DNA of 64,000 bases from positions 672,001 to 736,000 of the forward strand of contig CAVYIM010000003.1 of assembly GCA_963768655.1 (NCBI GenBank). Direction: 5' to 3'. The DNA is from an uncultured Chloroflexia bacterium. GTDB lineage: Bacteria; Chloroflexota; Limnocylindria; Limnocylindrales; CSP1-4. A model generated the notes under the pieces. The model ran no database searches. It was given only the letters and a program-made list of their open reading frames with translations, and was not told the origin of the DNA. This document shows, in pieces, positions 1 to 10,587 of the stretch (its first letter is position 1; every line of letters begins with the position of its first letter). A program made the position numbers and the translations under genes.

Positions 1-1
1 C

Positions 2-931
2 TTCGACTACGAAACCTGCGGGACGATGGTGAGCGTCAAGGAGCAGTCGCCCGACATCGCCATGGGCGTCGACGCGACCGGGCACGAGCTCGGCGCCGGG
101 GACCAGGGGATGATGATCGGATTCGCCTGCCGTGAGACGCCCGAGCTCATGCCGCTGCCGATCGCGCTGGCCCATGGCCTCGCGCGACGCCTGGCCGAGG
201 TGCGCAAGAGTGGCCAGCTACCCTACCTGCGGCCCGATGGCAAGACCCAGGTCACCGTGGAGTACGAGCGGGGCGTGCCGCGGCGGGTCACGAATGTCGT
301 GATCGCCGCCCAGCACGATCCCGGCGTCGCCAACGACAGGCTCCGGCCGGACATCATGGAGGCGGTCATCCTGCCGTCGATCCCGGCGGAGTTGCGCTCG
401 AAGGATCCTCTGATCCACATCAACGCCACTGGCCGCTTCGTGATCGGTGGGCCCATGGGTGACGCCGGCCTGACCGGACGCAAGATCATCGTCGATACCT
501 ACGGCGGGATGGCCCGTCACGGCGGCGGCGCCTTCTCCGGAAAGGACCCCACGAAGGTCGACCGCTCGGCCAGTTACGCCGCTCGCTGGGTGGCCAAGAA
601 CGTCGTGGCCGCCGGACTGGCCGACCGCTTTGAGATCCAGCTCGCCTATACCATCGGCATTGCCAGGCCCGCCTCGGTGTCGATCGAGACGTTCGGCACG
701 GAGCGCGTTCCGGACGGGCGCATCCTGGCGGCGATCGAGAAGCACTTCGACCTGCGACCAGCTGGGATCATCGAAGCCCTGGACCTGCGCCGGCCCATCT
801 ACAAGGCGACTGCCGCCTACGGCCATTTCGGCCGGCCGGACCGAGACTTCACCTGGGAACGCACCGACAAGGCGGCGGCTCTGGCGGACGAGTGCGGCGT
901 TCCGATGTCCGCCGTCGCAGCTGGATCCTGA
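2..931 (+). CDS. metK: S-adenosylmethionine synthetase (5' end lies outside the window)
   Basis: Motifs [35 protein letters not shown] and YGHFGR. Confidence 0.97.
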   Translation, partial: FDYETCGTMVSVKEQSPDIAMGVDATGHELGAGDQGMMIGFACRETPELMPLPIALAHGLARRLAEVRKSGQLPYLRPDGKTQVTVEYERGVPRRVTNVVIAAQHDPGVANDRLRPDIMEAVILPSIPAELRSKDPLIHINATGRFVIGGPMGDAGLTGRKIIVDTYGGMARHGGGAFSGKDPTKVDRSASYAARWVAKNVVAAGLADRFEIQLAYTIGIARPASVSIETFGTERVPDGRILAAIEKHFDLRPAGIIEALDLRRPIYKATAAYGHFGRPDRDFTWERTDKAAALADECGVPMSAVAAGS

Positions 932-935
932 TCGC

Positions 936-2033
936 GTGTACGCGGTCGTCCTGGCCGGCGGGGGCGGAACGCGTCTCTGGCCGCTCAGCACCCCCGAGCG
1001 GCCGAAGCCGTTTCTCCGGCTGATCGGCGACGAAACCCTCATCCAGCGCTCCGTGGCGCGGCTGGCGCCGCTCGTGGCACCGGCGGACGTCTATGTCGTG
1101 ACCGACCAGCGGTACGGCGATCTCGTCCGCGAGCAGCTGCCCGGGATTCCCGAATCCAATTTCCTGGGCGAGCCCATGGGCCGCAATACCGCCGCGGCCG
1201 TGGCCCTGGCCGCCGAGGCGATCGACCGCCCGCCGGAGGAAGTGATGGTCGTCCTGCCTGCGGACGCGCACGTCGCCGACGAGCCCGGACTGCGGGCCGC
1301 GCTGGCGGTGGCCGCCGACGTGGCCGCCGGTGGCTGCCTGGTGACGCTGGGCGTCACGCCGGGTCGACCCGAAACCGGGTACGGGTATGTCATGGCGCGG
1401 CCGCCGGCTCGAGTCGTGGCCGGGCGCGAAACGTACGCGGTGGATCGGTTCGTGGAGAAGCCGAGCATGGAACGGGCGATCGAGCTCATCGCGACCGGAC
1501 TCGCGAGCTGGAATGCCGGCATCTTCGTCTGGACGCGGGCCGCCATCCGGGACAATCTGTCCCGTCACGCGCCCGAGATCGTCGGGCCGATCAGGGCCAT
1601 CTGCTCGTCCGGCGCCACGGAGGACCTCGGTCTCGCGTACCCGTCGCTGTTGGCCACTTCGATCGACTACGCCGTGATGGAGCCTGCGTCACTCGAGGGA
1701 GCGGTCGCGGTCGTGCCCATCGATGTCGGCTGGAGCGATCTGGGAAGCTGGGCGGCCCTGCGCGACGCCTGGCAGGAGGAATCGCGCGCCGGCGCCGGAG
1801 CCGCCACGGGCTCCGCGGGCATCGGCAACGTCCGCGATCTCGGCTCCTCGAACGGCCTGGTCATGGCCGGCGATCGATTGGTCGTGACCATCGGCCTGAC
1901 TGACACGATCGTGGTCGACACGCCGGACGCCCTCCTCGTCTGCGCCGCCGATCATTCGCAGGAGGTGCGGGCGATCGCCGAGGAGATGACCCGGGCGAGC
2001 CAGCCTGCCCCGCACAGGGAGAACCAGCCTTGA
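936..2033 (+). CDS. manC: Mannose-1-phosphate guanylyltransferase
   Basis: VLAGGGGTRLWPLS, EPMGRNTA, FVEKP, WNAGIF, SIDYAVME, GWSDLGSW; GTG at 936 taken as the start (approximate). Confidence 0.92.
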   Translation: MYAVVLAGGGGTRLWPLSTPERPKPFLRLIGDETLIQRSVARLAPLVAPADVYVVTDQRYGDLVREQLPGIPESNFLGEPMGRNTAAAVALAAEAIDRPPEEVMVVLPADAHVADEPGLRAALAVAADVAAGGCLVTLGVTPGRPETGYGYVMARPPARVVAGRETYAVDRFVEKPSMERAIELIATGLASWNAGIFVWTRAAIRDNLSRHAPEIVGPIRAICSSGATEDLGLAYPSLLATSIDYAVMEPASLEGAVAVVPIDVGWSDLGSWAALRDAWQEESRAGAGAATGSAGIGNVRDLGSSNGLVMAGDRLVVTIGLTDTIVVDTPDALLVCAADHSQEVRAIAEEMTRASQPAPHRENQP

Positions 2034-3511
2034 GCGCCGACCCGGCAACTTCGGAGCCAACGCGGATCGTCTTCGGGACGGATGGCTGGCGCGCCCGGGT
2101 CGCCGAAGACTTCACCTTCGAGAACGTCCGCCGCTGCGCTCGCGCGGTGGCCGAGTACGTGGTGGAGCGCGGCGAGCAGTCCAAGGGCGTCGTCATCGCC
2201 TACGACCGCCGCTTCGTGAGCGAGCATTTCGCCGCGGCCGCGGCGGAGGTCGTGGTGGCCCACGCCATTCCGGTCGCGCTGGCGGCACAGGCCGTGCCGA
2301 CGCAGATGTCCTCGTTCGAAGTCGTCCAGCGGAAGTCGGCCGCCGGCATCGTGATCACCGCCAGCCACAATCCCTGGACGGACAACGGCTTCAAGGTCAA
2401 GTCGCCGACGGGCGCGGCCGCCGGCCCGGAGATGCTCTCCGCGATCGAGGCATTGCTCGCCGCCGACGCGGGCAAGCCGGCCCCGCGGCGACCACTCGAC
2501 GACGCCGAGGCCGCGGGTCTGCTGGAGCGCTTCGACCCGTACGCCGGGTACGTGGAGTTCATCCGCCCCAACGTGGATCTGGATCGCCTGGCCGCGGCCG
2601 ACCTCGACGTGCTGGTCGATCCGCTCTACGGCTCCGGAGCCGGCTGGCTCCCGCGACTTCTCTCGGGCGGCAGAATTCGAGTCACCGAGATCCACTCGGA
2701 GCGGAATCCGTACTTCGGGGGCGTGAACCCGGAGCCGATCCCGCCGAACGTGGACGCCGCCCTGGCGAAGCTGGCCGGCGGCGGGTACGACCTGGGCCTG
2801 CTCCTCGACGGGGACGCCGATCGGTGCGGCCTCGCCGACGAGCGCGGGGCCTTCATCACCACGCTCCAGATCTTCGGCCTGCTGACCTACTACCTGGCGG
2901 AGTATCGGGGCCTGCGCGCGCCGGTCGTGAAGACCGTCAACGAAACCTCGATGGCGGAACGGCTCGGCGAACGCTACGGCGTGCCCGTCTACGAGGTCCC
3001 CGTGGGCTTCAAGTACATCGGTCCCAAGATGATCGAGACCGGGGCCATGATGGGCGGCGAGGAGTCTGGCGGCTTCGGCTTCGGCATGCACCTGCCGGAG
3101 CGGGACGGCATCTTCGCGGACCTGATGCTGCTGGACCTGTTCGTCCGCGAGAGGGCGGCCGGGCGATGGCCGGCGAGTCAGGCGATCGCCCACCTGCACG
3201 AGATAGCCGGGCCATCGAGCTATCGGCGGGTGGACATCCACTTCGACCGGGCGAGCTATCCGGCGCTGAAGGATCGGCTGCTGGCCGAGCTGCCCGACCG
3301 GGCTCCGTCCGTGCTGGCCGGGCGGCCCGTGGTTCGAACGCAGCCCCTGTCGACCAACGATGGCTTCAAGTTCTTCGCCGACGACGGCTCGTGGCTCCTG
3401 GTCCGCTTCAGCGGCACCGAGCCGCTGGTCCGGATCTACACGGAGGCCCTGTCGCCCGCCGCCGTCGATGCGAATCTGGTCACGGGAAAGCGCATCGTCG
3501 GGGACGCCTGA
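2030..3511 (+). CDS. Phosphoglucomutase/phosphomannomutase family protein
   Basis: FGTDGWR, ITASHNP (phospho-Ser loop), DGDADR (metal loop), GGEESGG, RFSGTEP; start overlaps the manC stop. Confidence 0.93.
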   Translation: MSADPATSEPTRIVFGTDGWRARVAEDFTFENVRRCARAVAEYVVERGEQSKGVVIAYDRRFVSEHFAAAAAEVVVAHAIPVALAAQAVPTQMSSFEVVQRKSAAGIVITASHNPWTDNGFKVKSPTGAAAGPEMLSAIEALLAADAGKPAPRRPLDDAEAAGLLERFDPYAGYVEFIRPNVDLDRLAAADLDVLVDPLYGSGAGWLPRLLSGGRIRVTEIHSERNPYFGGVNPEPIPPNVDAALAKLAGGGYDLGLLLDGDADRCGLADERGAFITTLQIFGLLTYYLAEYRGLRAPVVKTVNETSMAERLGERYGVPVYEVPVGFKYIGPKMIETGAMMGGEESGGFGFGMHLPERDGIFADLMLLDLFVRERAAGRWPASQAIAHLHEIAGPSSYRRVDIHFDRASYPALKDRLLAELPDRAPSVLAGRPVVRTQPLSTNDGFKFFADDGSWLLVRFSGTEPLVRIYTEALSPAAVDANLVTGKRIVGDA

Positions 3512-3657
3512 GTTCCGGGCGTCCACCGAACGAGCGTTCGGGTTCGGGCTTGCGGCGCCCGGCCGGCGTCGGCCTCGCTCCCGAGCCGCCGCCGCCGACC
3601 TGCTCCAGGCCGCCACAGCGGCCCCGTGCGAGGCGTCGAATGGGTCGTTCGCGTGTA

Positions 3658-3678
3658 CACCGAATGGTCATTTCGGTG
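3658..3678. promoter_or_regulatory. Inverted repeat CACCGAA-N7-TTCGGTG, possible operator upstream of the SWIM gene
   Basis: Perfect 7-bp arms in intergenic DNA about 130 bp upstream of the ATG at 3806. Confidence 0.35.
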
Positions 3679-3805
3679 CAACGGGACGAAGCCGCTGTCT
3701 CTTGGCTCGCAGTCTGTACAGTGAGGCGAACCGACCTCGGCCGTTCATCTGGGCGGTCGACGGCGGACCTCTTCGGGGCAGGCAGGGCGACGGAGGGTAC
3801 TGGCG

Positions 3806-4081
3806 ATGCACAGCAGTCTCATCGGGAAGGTCGAGAAGGCGAACCGCTACGCCCGCGAGCTGGATCGGATCTCATTCGAACAGCTCGCGGTCACGTTTAA
3901 GGGTGACAACGACACCCATACTGTCCGACTCGACGGCGAAGCCTGGCAGTGCACCTGCCACTTCTTTGAGAGCTGGGGATCGTGCGTCCACGTGCTCGCC
4001 CTGCAGAAGATCCTGGGCGTCATGCTCCCCGAACCGGCACAGACATCCCTCTTCAGCGCCCAGCCTGCCGTGCCCGCCTAA
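3806..4081 (+). CDS. Small SWIM-type zinc-finger protein
   Basis: CTC-x8-CVH (CxC...CxH) motif; GGAGG RBS upstream. Confidence 0.85.
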   Translation: MHSSLIGKVEKANRYARELDRISFEQLAVTFKGDNDTHTVRLDGEAWQCTCHFFESWGSCVHVLALQKILGVMLPEPAQTSLFSAQPAVPA

Positions 4082-4118
4082 GCGGCACATCGAGAGGGGA
4101 GTGTAGTCTTCGAAGCGC

Positions 4119-4143
4119 GAGGTCGGCATTCTGCCCCGACCTC
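4119..4143. terminator. Stem-loop after the SWIM gene (possible terminator)
   Basis: GAGGTCGG/CCGACCTC 8-bp stem; no U-tract. Confidence 0.4.
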
Positions 4144-4152
4144 CATCGATAG

Positions 4153-4923
4153 TTGGGGGAACCTGTGAACGACACCAGAGGATCGCTCGTGAATAACCGT
4201 GGCCTCCGTGGCCTTCGCGCCGTCTCGTTCGCCGCTGCCGCGCTGGCACTGGCCCTGGTTGGCGCCGCGTGCTCCAGCGCCCAACAGCCCACGCCCATCT
4301 ACCTGGTTCCGACGCCGACGCCCAGCGCTGCCACGCCGGTTCCGGCTACATCGGCGCCGACGCCCACGCCGCAGATCACTCCGGCAGCCACCTTCACGCC
4401 CTGGCCGTCTGCGTCGCCGACGCCGACTCCCGGGCCGACCTCGGCGCACACCGCCGCCCCGACGCCGACGGTGTCGGCAGGCCCCACCTCGCCGGCCGCA
4501 TCTTGCACTGGCAAGCCCACCAATCAGAGCTGGTTCCTCGAGGCGGCCAACAACGTCAAGATCACCGTCTACTGCGCAACCAGGCTCGCCGCCGGCTGGA
4601 GCCTAGCCATTAGCCCGCAGACATCGTGGGCAAGCAACAAGAGCGGCGGGACGGTTCTGATCTATTACTCGTACCACAGTACGGCCACTAGGCTGGAAGT
4701 CTGCGAAGGAACCTTCGCTTCCACGCTCTGTGCGGGCAACACAGGTTCTGTCGGCGCCGCCAGTTTTGGTGGGCTCTCAGGCGAGCTCGACTCCACCTCC
4801 GACGGCTTCGCCATCCGCGTGGCTCCCGGCACCAACCATGCCTACACCCTGGTCGGCCACAATGTCAGTCAGGCGACCCTGGTGGGCATCGGGGCGAACA
4901 TGACCATCGTGCCCAGAACCTGA
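4153..4923 (+). CDS. Hypothetical lipoprotein with Pro/Thr-rich linker
   Basis: Hydrophobic signal ending VGAAC, long PT/PS linker, small Cys-containing C-terminal domain; true start may be about 4189. Confidence 0.7.
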   Translation: MGEPVNDTRGSLVNNRGLRGLRAVSFAAAALALALVGAACSSAQQPTPIYLVPTPTPSAATPVPATSAPTPTPQITPAATFTPWPSASPTPTPGPTSAHTAAPTPTVSAGPTSPAASCTGKPTNQSWFLEAANNVKITVYCATRLAAGWSLAISPQTSWASNKSGGTVLIYYSYHSTATRLEVCEGTFASTLCAGNTGSVGAASFGGLSGELDSTSDGFAIRVAPGTNHAYTLVGHNVSQATLVGIGANMTIVPRT

Positions 4924-5014
4924 GCCCGACGTCGAACGGCAGCACGCCGGTCGACCCTGCCTCTGAACCATGCCGAGCGGCTGCTCATCGAGCGGCCGCT
5001 CGGTCGTTTCCGGG

Positions 5015-6310
5015 CTATGCGTCCGCCCCGGGCCCAGGCGCAGCGGGCTCCGGCGCATCGGGTTTCGCGGCGCGGCCGCCCTTGCGGGCCATCGGCTGCG
5101 GCTCGAAGGCCGGACCCGGCTCCACTTCCTGGTCCTGGCCGGCCTGAGGCAGACGTGGCGCGCGAATCGGTCTGCCCTCGCGTTCCTCGACGCGGCGCGC
5201 GGCCCGAACGGCCACCGGCTCGACATCGACCCGCATGTGCTTGAGGTAGTAGAAGAAGAACGACGCGATGACCGCGGCGACGGGGATGCCGAAGATCGCG
5301 CCCGGGACGCCGGCCAGCTTGGTGCCGACCATGACCGAGCCCAGGACCACGACCGGATGGAGGCCCACAGCGTCCGCCATCAGGCGTGGCTGGACGATGT
5401 TCATCAGCACGAACCAGCCGGCGACCATGATGATCAACGTCGGCAGGACTGCGTCCGGCAGGAAGAAGATTGCCACGAGGACCGGCGGCATCCACGACAG
5501 GAACGGCCCGAAGAAGGGAATGGCCTGCAGCACGCCCGAGGAAACGGCGGTGACCGGCATGTAGGGCAGGCCGAGCAGCAGGCTGGCGGCCATGGAGACG
5601 GCGCCGTACATCAGCCCCATCAGGGCCTGGCCGCGCAGGAAGCCGCCGAACGAGCGCGAGATGCTGTGCTCGAGCAGCTGGGCTTCGTCCTTGTATGCCG
5701 GAGGAACCAGGCGGAAGAGGAAGCTGACGATCCGGTCTCGGTCGACCGACATGTAGAGTGACAGAAAGAACACGAACAACAGGTTGCCGAAGACGCCCAC
5801 GCTGGCCACGGCGATCTGGCCCAGCGGCTGGGCCAGATCCGCGGCGCCGTTCTTGATGTTCGCCAGCAGCAGGTTGACCTGGTCGTACAGGCTGATCCGG
5901 CTGCCGCCGATCGAGTTGAGCGTGTCCTGGTAGGGCTTGAGGGTGGCACGCAGGTCCAGAGAGTTGAGGCCGGCGAGCAGGCTGTTGATCGACGAATAGA
6001 GCTGCTGCGCCACCAGCAGGATGGCCGTGATAACCACGACGATGAGCAGGGAGTAGACCACGACGACGGCCAGGGCCCTCGGCAGACGCGGGAACAGGTG
6101 GACAAGACCGTTCGCGAGCGGACTCAGGATGAAAGCCAGCAGCCACGCCAGGAAGAAGATCATGATCACGTCGCTGAAGTACGTGATCAGGCTGGCCACG
6201 TCGTACATGACGACGAAGGCGACCGCTACTGTCGCCAGGATGACCAGGGCGGTCAGCCAGCGGTGAAGGCGCGGCGTCATGAAGGCGGCCCTGGAAGGCT
6301 GGTCTGTCAT
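5015..6310 (-). CDS. AI-2E family (UPF0118) transporter
   Basis: Multi-TM protein with FLRGQ, IPFFGP and PRLMADAVGLHP motifs; start placed at MTDQP (6310). Confidence 0.88.
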   Translation of the reverse strand: MTDQPSRAAFMTPRLHRWLTALVILATVAVAFVVMYDVASLITYFSDVIMIFFLAWLLAFILSPLANGLVHLFPRLPRALAVVVVYSLLIVVVITAILLVAQQLYSSINSLLAGLNSLDLRATLKPYQDTLNSIGGSRISLYDQVNLLLANIKNGAADLAQPLGQIAVASVGVFGNLLFVFFLSLYMSVDRDRIVSFLFRLVPPAYKDEAQLLEHSISRSFGGFLRGQALMGLMYGAVSMAASLLLGLPYMPVTAVSSGVLQAIPFFGPFLSWMPPVLVAIFFLPDAVLPTLIIMVAGWFVLMNIVQPRLMADAVGLHPVVVLGSVMVGTKLAGVPGAIFGIPVAAVIASFFFYYLKHMRVDVEPVAVRAARRVEEREGRPIRAPRLPQAGQDQEVEPGPAFEPQPMARKGGRAAKPDAPEPAAPGPGADA

Positions 6311-6437
6311 CGTCCCCTGATCCTCGGCGCGGGCTGACGCCGAGATGGTACGCCCCGGGCGCGCGCAGGTGATGGCCGATCGAGCGTCAGGCTCCGCGGC
6401 CGGCGATCGTCTGGACGAACGCGTCGCAGCCTGAGAC

Positions 6438-7460
6438 CTAGCGCAGGCCCATCCGCTCCCGGACCTCGGCCATGGTCGCCTGGGCGATCGGACGTATCCG
6501 TTCGGCGCCCTCGTCCAGGATGGCTCGCAGCCGCGCCGGGTCGGCCATGAGCTCCCGGTAGGTCTCGCGAGCCGGAGCATAGCGGGCGATGATCCGCTCG
6601 GCCAGCAGCTTCTTCGTGTCGACGCAGCCGGTTCGAGCGTTTCGCTCGCCATCCCAGATCTGCTCGTAGTCGTCGCCGAAGTGGCGGTGCAACTGGCAGA
6701 CGTTGCAGACCTGCGGGCGGCCCGGGTCTGAACGCAGGATGCGCTGCGTGTCGGTGACCATCGACATGACCTGCTTGCGGATGACGTCCGGCTCGGCCAG
6801 GACTTCGATCGTGTTGCCGATCGACTTGCTCATCTTCTTCGCGCCGTCGGTGCCCAGAACTACCGGCGCCTCGGTGTAGACCGCCTGAGGCTCGGGGAAT
6901 GTCTCGCCGTAGCGGGCGTTGAAGGCGCGGACGATCTCGCGGCTCAGCTCGAGGTGGGCGGCCTGGTCCCTGCCGACCGGCACCAGCGAAGCCTTGTAGA
7001 TGACGATGTCGGCCGCCTGAAGGACGGGGTACGTGAGCAGGCCGTGGTTGACGTCCTCGGGCTGGTTCTGGCGCTTCTCCTTGTAGGTCGGAGTGCGCTG
7101 CAGCCAGCCGACCGGCGTCACGGTGTTGAAGAGCCAGCACAGTTCGGTGACTTCCGGCCGATCCGACTGGACGAAGAGCGTGCAGCGCTTTGGGTCCAGG
7201 CCCAGGGCGATGAGGGCGGCCGCCATCTCGAGGGTCTGGCGGCGCAGCACCTCGGGATCGTGGACGTGGGTCAGGGCGTGGTAGTCCACCACGCAGTAGA
7301 TGGCCTCGTACTTCTCCGCGAGCGCCACGTAGTTGCGGATCGCGCCCAGGTCGTTGCCCAGGTGGGGCCGGCCGGTGGGCTGGATGCCGCTGAAGATACG
7401 CGGCTTGACGGGCAGGCTGGACGGTCTGGCGGCTGGGGAGGCGGAGGCTTCGGTAGTCAT
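6438..7460 (-). CDS. trpS: Tryptophan--tRNA ligase
   Basis: FSGIQPTG, HLGN, YPVLQAADI, VPVGRDQ, KMSKS. Confidence 0.96.
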   Translation of the reverse strand: MTTEASASPAARPSSLPVKPRIFSGIQPTGRPHLGNDLGAIRNYVALAEKYEAIYCVVDYHALTHVHDPEVLRRQTLEMAAALIALGLDPKRCTLFVQSDRPEVTELCWLFNTVTPVGWLQRTPTYKEKRQNQPEDVNHGLLTYPVLQAADIVIYKASLVPVGRDQAAHLELSREIVRAFNARYGETFPEPQAVYTEAPVVLGTDGAKKMSKSIGNTIEVLAEPDVIRKQVMSMVTDTQRILRSDPGRPQVCNVCQLHRHFGDDYEQIWDGERNARTGCVDTKKLLAERIIARYAPARETYRELMADPARLRAILDEGAERIRPIAQATMAEVRERMGLR

Positions 7461-7638
7461 GTGGCGAGTTTAGCGGACGGGGCGGCTCGAGCCAGTCGAA
7501 AGCGTGCGCCTCAGAGGGCCGGCTGCGTAATACCATGGCCACGCCCGCAGGAAGCCGGGCGGCGGGCCCCGAGCCGAGATGCCGGTCTCGCGGACATCGT
7601 CCGCACGGCCGGTGGTGGCATGCTTGGAGGGAACTGGA

Positions 7639-9012
7639 ATGCCGGGAGATCGTCGACTGATCGATCGACTCTCGTCGGGCTCCTCGCGTCGCCGGATCCG
7701 GCTGGCTGGCGTTCTCCTCGTTGCGGCCTCGATCGCGGGTTGCCAGGCGGTGCCCGGTCAGCCAGTTGCGACCCCGCTGCAGACGGGCACGACCGGTCCC
7801 ACGGCGACCGCCGCGGAGACGACCGGGCCGGTGGCGACCGCGACGGAGATGACCGCGCCGACGGATACTCCTGTCGAGACCGACACGTCCGGTCCGACGG
7901 CGAGCCCGCTTCCCACGGCCGCCGGGCGCGTGCTTGTCTGGCATTCCGTCTCGCTGCCGGCGAAGCTCGCGGCAACCTCCGACTCGCCCTTCCAGAACGC
8001 GGTCTTCGGCTGGAGCCGCGGGTACCTGGTATTCCACGAGAACGTCGACACCGGCTCGGCCGTTCCGTGGACCTCGACCGATGGACGCCAGTGGCAGCCG
8101 GGCCGGTCACTCGACATGTCCGGGGTCAGTCAGGGAGCCCAGGTCGAGGAAGTTGTCGAGGGGCCGGCCGGACTGCTCGCCCTCGGTCGCGCTCCGGGCT
8201 GCGCCGACGACGGAACCGGCTGCATGCCCGAGCCCGCGACCGCGCTCTGGACCTCCGCCGATGGAGCAAGCTGGAGCCGGGTCGACCTGAGCAAAGCCTT
8301 TGGCGGAGCGGCGGTCGGTGACGTCTCGGGCGGGCCGAAGGGTTACATGGCGGTCAGCAGATCCAGCGACAGCAGCACGGACAGCCCGGCGGTCTGGCTG
8401 TCGGCCGATGGGCAGACCTGGCAAGCTCTCTCCCTCTCGTCCGATACGTTCGCGGATGCTTACCTGGCGCGGGGCACGGTCCTCGCGGATGGCTTCCTGG
8501 TAGCAGGTCGGATCGGCAGCCTGGAGGGTTGGGGCGGCGGCGACTTCCCCACGACTACGCCCGCGATCTGGTGGTCGGCGGATGGCTCCGACTGGAGCCG
8601 CGTGACGCTGCCCGATGTCGCGACGACTCCGGAGGCGGAGGCCGCGATCACCGCGATTGCCACCGGCAAGCTCGTCGCCCACGTCGTCAGCTGGGACTGC
8701 TCGTGCCCGCCAGAGGGCGACGATCAGGCCTGGACCTCGAGCGACGGACAAACCTGGAAAGCGGCCATGGAGCAGTTCCCGTCTCCGGCCGTGGTGCTCT
8801 CCGATGGCCACGAGGCGTTGCAGCTCGTGCCCTCGGACGGAGGCCTGACGGTGGCCGTCTCCTCGGATGGGTTCGAGTGGGCGGAGGTCGCCGTCTCGGG
8901 TTCGGGACCGGCCGATCTGTCCGACGCAGCGTACGGTCCGGCCGGCCTTCTCGTCGAAGACTCGAGCGGGAACCTGTGGCTGGCCGCGATCAGCGGGGCC
9001 GGCGCCGGCTGA
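7639..9012 (+). CDS. Hypothetical lipoprotein with repeated W-x-S-x-DG-x-x-W (BNR/Asp-box-like) motifs
   Basis: Lipobox IAGC, Thr/Pro linker, about six WTSxDGxxW-like repeats; GGAGGG RBS before ATG 7639. Confidence 0.75.
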   Translation: MPGDRRLIDRLSSGSSRRRIRLAGVLLVAASIAGCQAVPGQPVATPLQTGTTGPTATAAETTGPVATATEMTAPTDTPVETDTSGPTASPLPTAAGRVLVWHSVSLPAKLAATSDSPFQNAVFGWSRGYLVFHENVDTGSAVPWTSTDGRQWQPGRSLDMSGVSQGAQVEEVVEGPAGLLALGRAPGCADDGTGCMPEPATALWTSADGASWSRVDLSKAFGGAAVGDVSGGPKGYMAVSRSSDSSTDSPAVWLSADGQTWQALSLSSDTFADAYLARGTVLADGFLVAGRIGSLEGWGGGDFPTTTPAIWWSADGSDWSRVTLPDVATTPEAEAAITAIATGKLVAHVVSWDCSCPPEGDDQAWTSSDGQTWKAAMEQFPSPAVVLSDGHEALQLVPSDGGLTVAVSSDGFEWAEVAVSGSGPADLSDAAYGPAGLLVEDSSGNLWLAAISGAGAG

Positions 9013-9077
9013 CGCCTTTCGTACGTCGGAAGCGGCCGAAGGGGCCAAACGCGGCGCGCGGAGGCGGCGAACGCGGC

Positions 9078-9140
9078 GCGCCGAGGCGAACGAGAGGCGC
9101 CGAGGCGAACGAGAGGCGCCGAGGCGAACGAGAGGCGCCG
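9078..9140. repeat. Intergenic tandem repeat, 19-bp unit GCGCCGAGGCGAACGAGAG x3 plus a partial copy
   Basis: Identical copies at 9078, 9097 and 9116; partial copy at 9135. Confidence 0.9.
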
Positions 9141-9248
9141 AACAGAGCAGCCGGTGCCTCGGGTACCATTCCGGGACGAAGTCCTGAGTCTCCGTCACCG
9201 CCGGCTGCGATCCCAACTCGGCCTCGCTGGCCCCAGTCGAACCTGCCC

Positions 9249-10571
9249 ATGACCCCCGAGAAACGACCACTCCGCGTCGCGATCCTCGGCGTGGGCACCG
9301 TCGGCGCGGAAGTGGCGCGTGGCTTCCTTCGCAACAGCGATCGGCAGATCGGGCCCGCGGGCGGGCGAATGCTCGAGCTCGTGGCCATCGCCGACATGAA
9401 CGTCCAGGGGGCCGTCGATCGTGGGATGCCACGCGAGTTGATCGCGCCCGATGCCGCGGCCGTGGTCCGGCGCGACGACGTGGACGTGATCGTGGAGCTG
9501 CTGGGCGGCGACGAGCCGGCCCGCTCGCTGATCCTCGGGGCGCTGAGCGCGGGCAAGCCGGTAGTCACGGCCAACAAGCACGTCCTGGCCTACCACGGCG
9601 CGGAGCTGGAGATGGCCGCCCGCGCCGGCGGCGCGCCGCTCCGCTATGAGGCGTCGGTTTGCGGCGGCACGCCGGTGCTCGATCCGATCGCCCGGGATCT
9701 GGCGGCCAACCATGTGCGGCGCGTCCGCGGCATCGTCAACGGCAGCACCAACTTCATCCTGACGCAGATGACGCAGGCCAAGCGGAGCTACGAGGAGGTT
9801 CTCGCCGCCGCCCAGGCCCAGGGCTACGTCGAGCGCGATCCCAGCGCTGACGTCGAGGGCCACGACGCCGCGAACAAGCTGGCCGTCCTGACTCGCCTCT
9901 GCTTCGGGGCGTGGCCGCGGATCGACTCTATCGTCGCCAGTCCGCCCTCCGTGCGCGGCGACGGCAGGCCGGGGATCACCGGCGTCTCGGCCAACGACAT
10001 CGCCGGCGCCGTGGCGTTGGGCCTCGCCATCCGGCTCGTGGCCACGGCCAGCACCCCGGGAACTGCCGAGCCCGGCTTCGGGCTGGCGGGCTCGGTCATG
10101 ACCTCGGCCGTGCCGCTGGGAGCGCCGCTCGGTCGCACCGACGGCGTCCTCAACCGCCTCGAAGTCGATGCCGACCCGGTCGGCCGCGTCTCGTTCGAAG
10201 GTCCCGGCGCCGGCGGCCCCGCCACCAGCAGCGCTGTCCTCGCCGATCTGCTCGAGGTGGCCCGGACCGGCCTCAGCACCTGGGCGGACCTGCCGCCCGC
10301 GGCCCCCGAACTGGTCACCTTCGCCGACGACCGCGCCACCATCCGCCGGCCGTGGTTCGTGTGCGTCCCCGGCGTGCTCCCGGACGAGGTTCCGGGACGG
10401 CTCGCCGAGGAAGTGGCCGGCCCGCCGCCGAGCGCCGTGCCCCGCCATCGAAGCCGCACCTGGGTCGCCGTCCAGACAAGGCCGCTGCCGCTGGCCGACG
10501 TCCGCGACGCGATCGAGCCGCTCATCGCCCCCGACCGCGACATTCCCATCTATCCGATCCTGACCTCGTAG
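9249..10571 (+). CDS. hom: Homoserine dehydrogenase
   Basis: ILGVGTVG, VVTANK, YEASVCGGTP, GIVNGSTNFIL, DVEGHDAANK, GPGAGG; ATG at 9249. Confidence 0.93.
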   Translation: MTPEKRPLRVAILGVGTVGAEVARGFLRNSDRQIGPAGGRMLELVAIADMNVQGAVDRGMPRELIAPDAAAVVRRDDVDVIVELLGGDEPARSLILGALSAGKPVVTANKHVLAYHGAELEMAARAGGAPLRYEASVCGGTPVLDPIARDLAANHVRRVRGIVNGSTNFILTQMTQAKRSYEEVLAAAQAQGYVERDPSADVEGHDAANKLAVLTRLCFGAWPRIDSIVASPPSVRGDGRPGITGVSANDIAGAVALGLAIRLVATASTPGTAEPGFGLAGSVMTSAVPLGAPLGRTDGVLNRLEVDADPVGRVSFEGPGAGGPATSSAVLADLLEVARTGLSTWADLPPAAPELVTFADDRATIRRPWFVCVPGVLPDEVPGRLAEEVAGPPPSAVPRHRSRTWVAVQTRPLPLADVRDAIEPLIAPDRDIPIYPILTS

Positions 10572-10587
10572 CCGGAGCCCGACCGAA

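Noticed and set aside
9078-9140. Direct repeats as a CRISPR array
   Set aside because: The units are contiguous with no spacers, only 19 bp long, and no cas genes are nearby.
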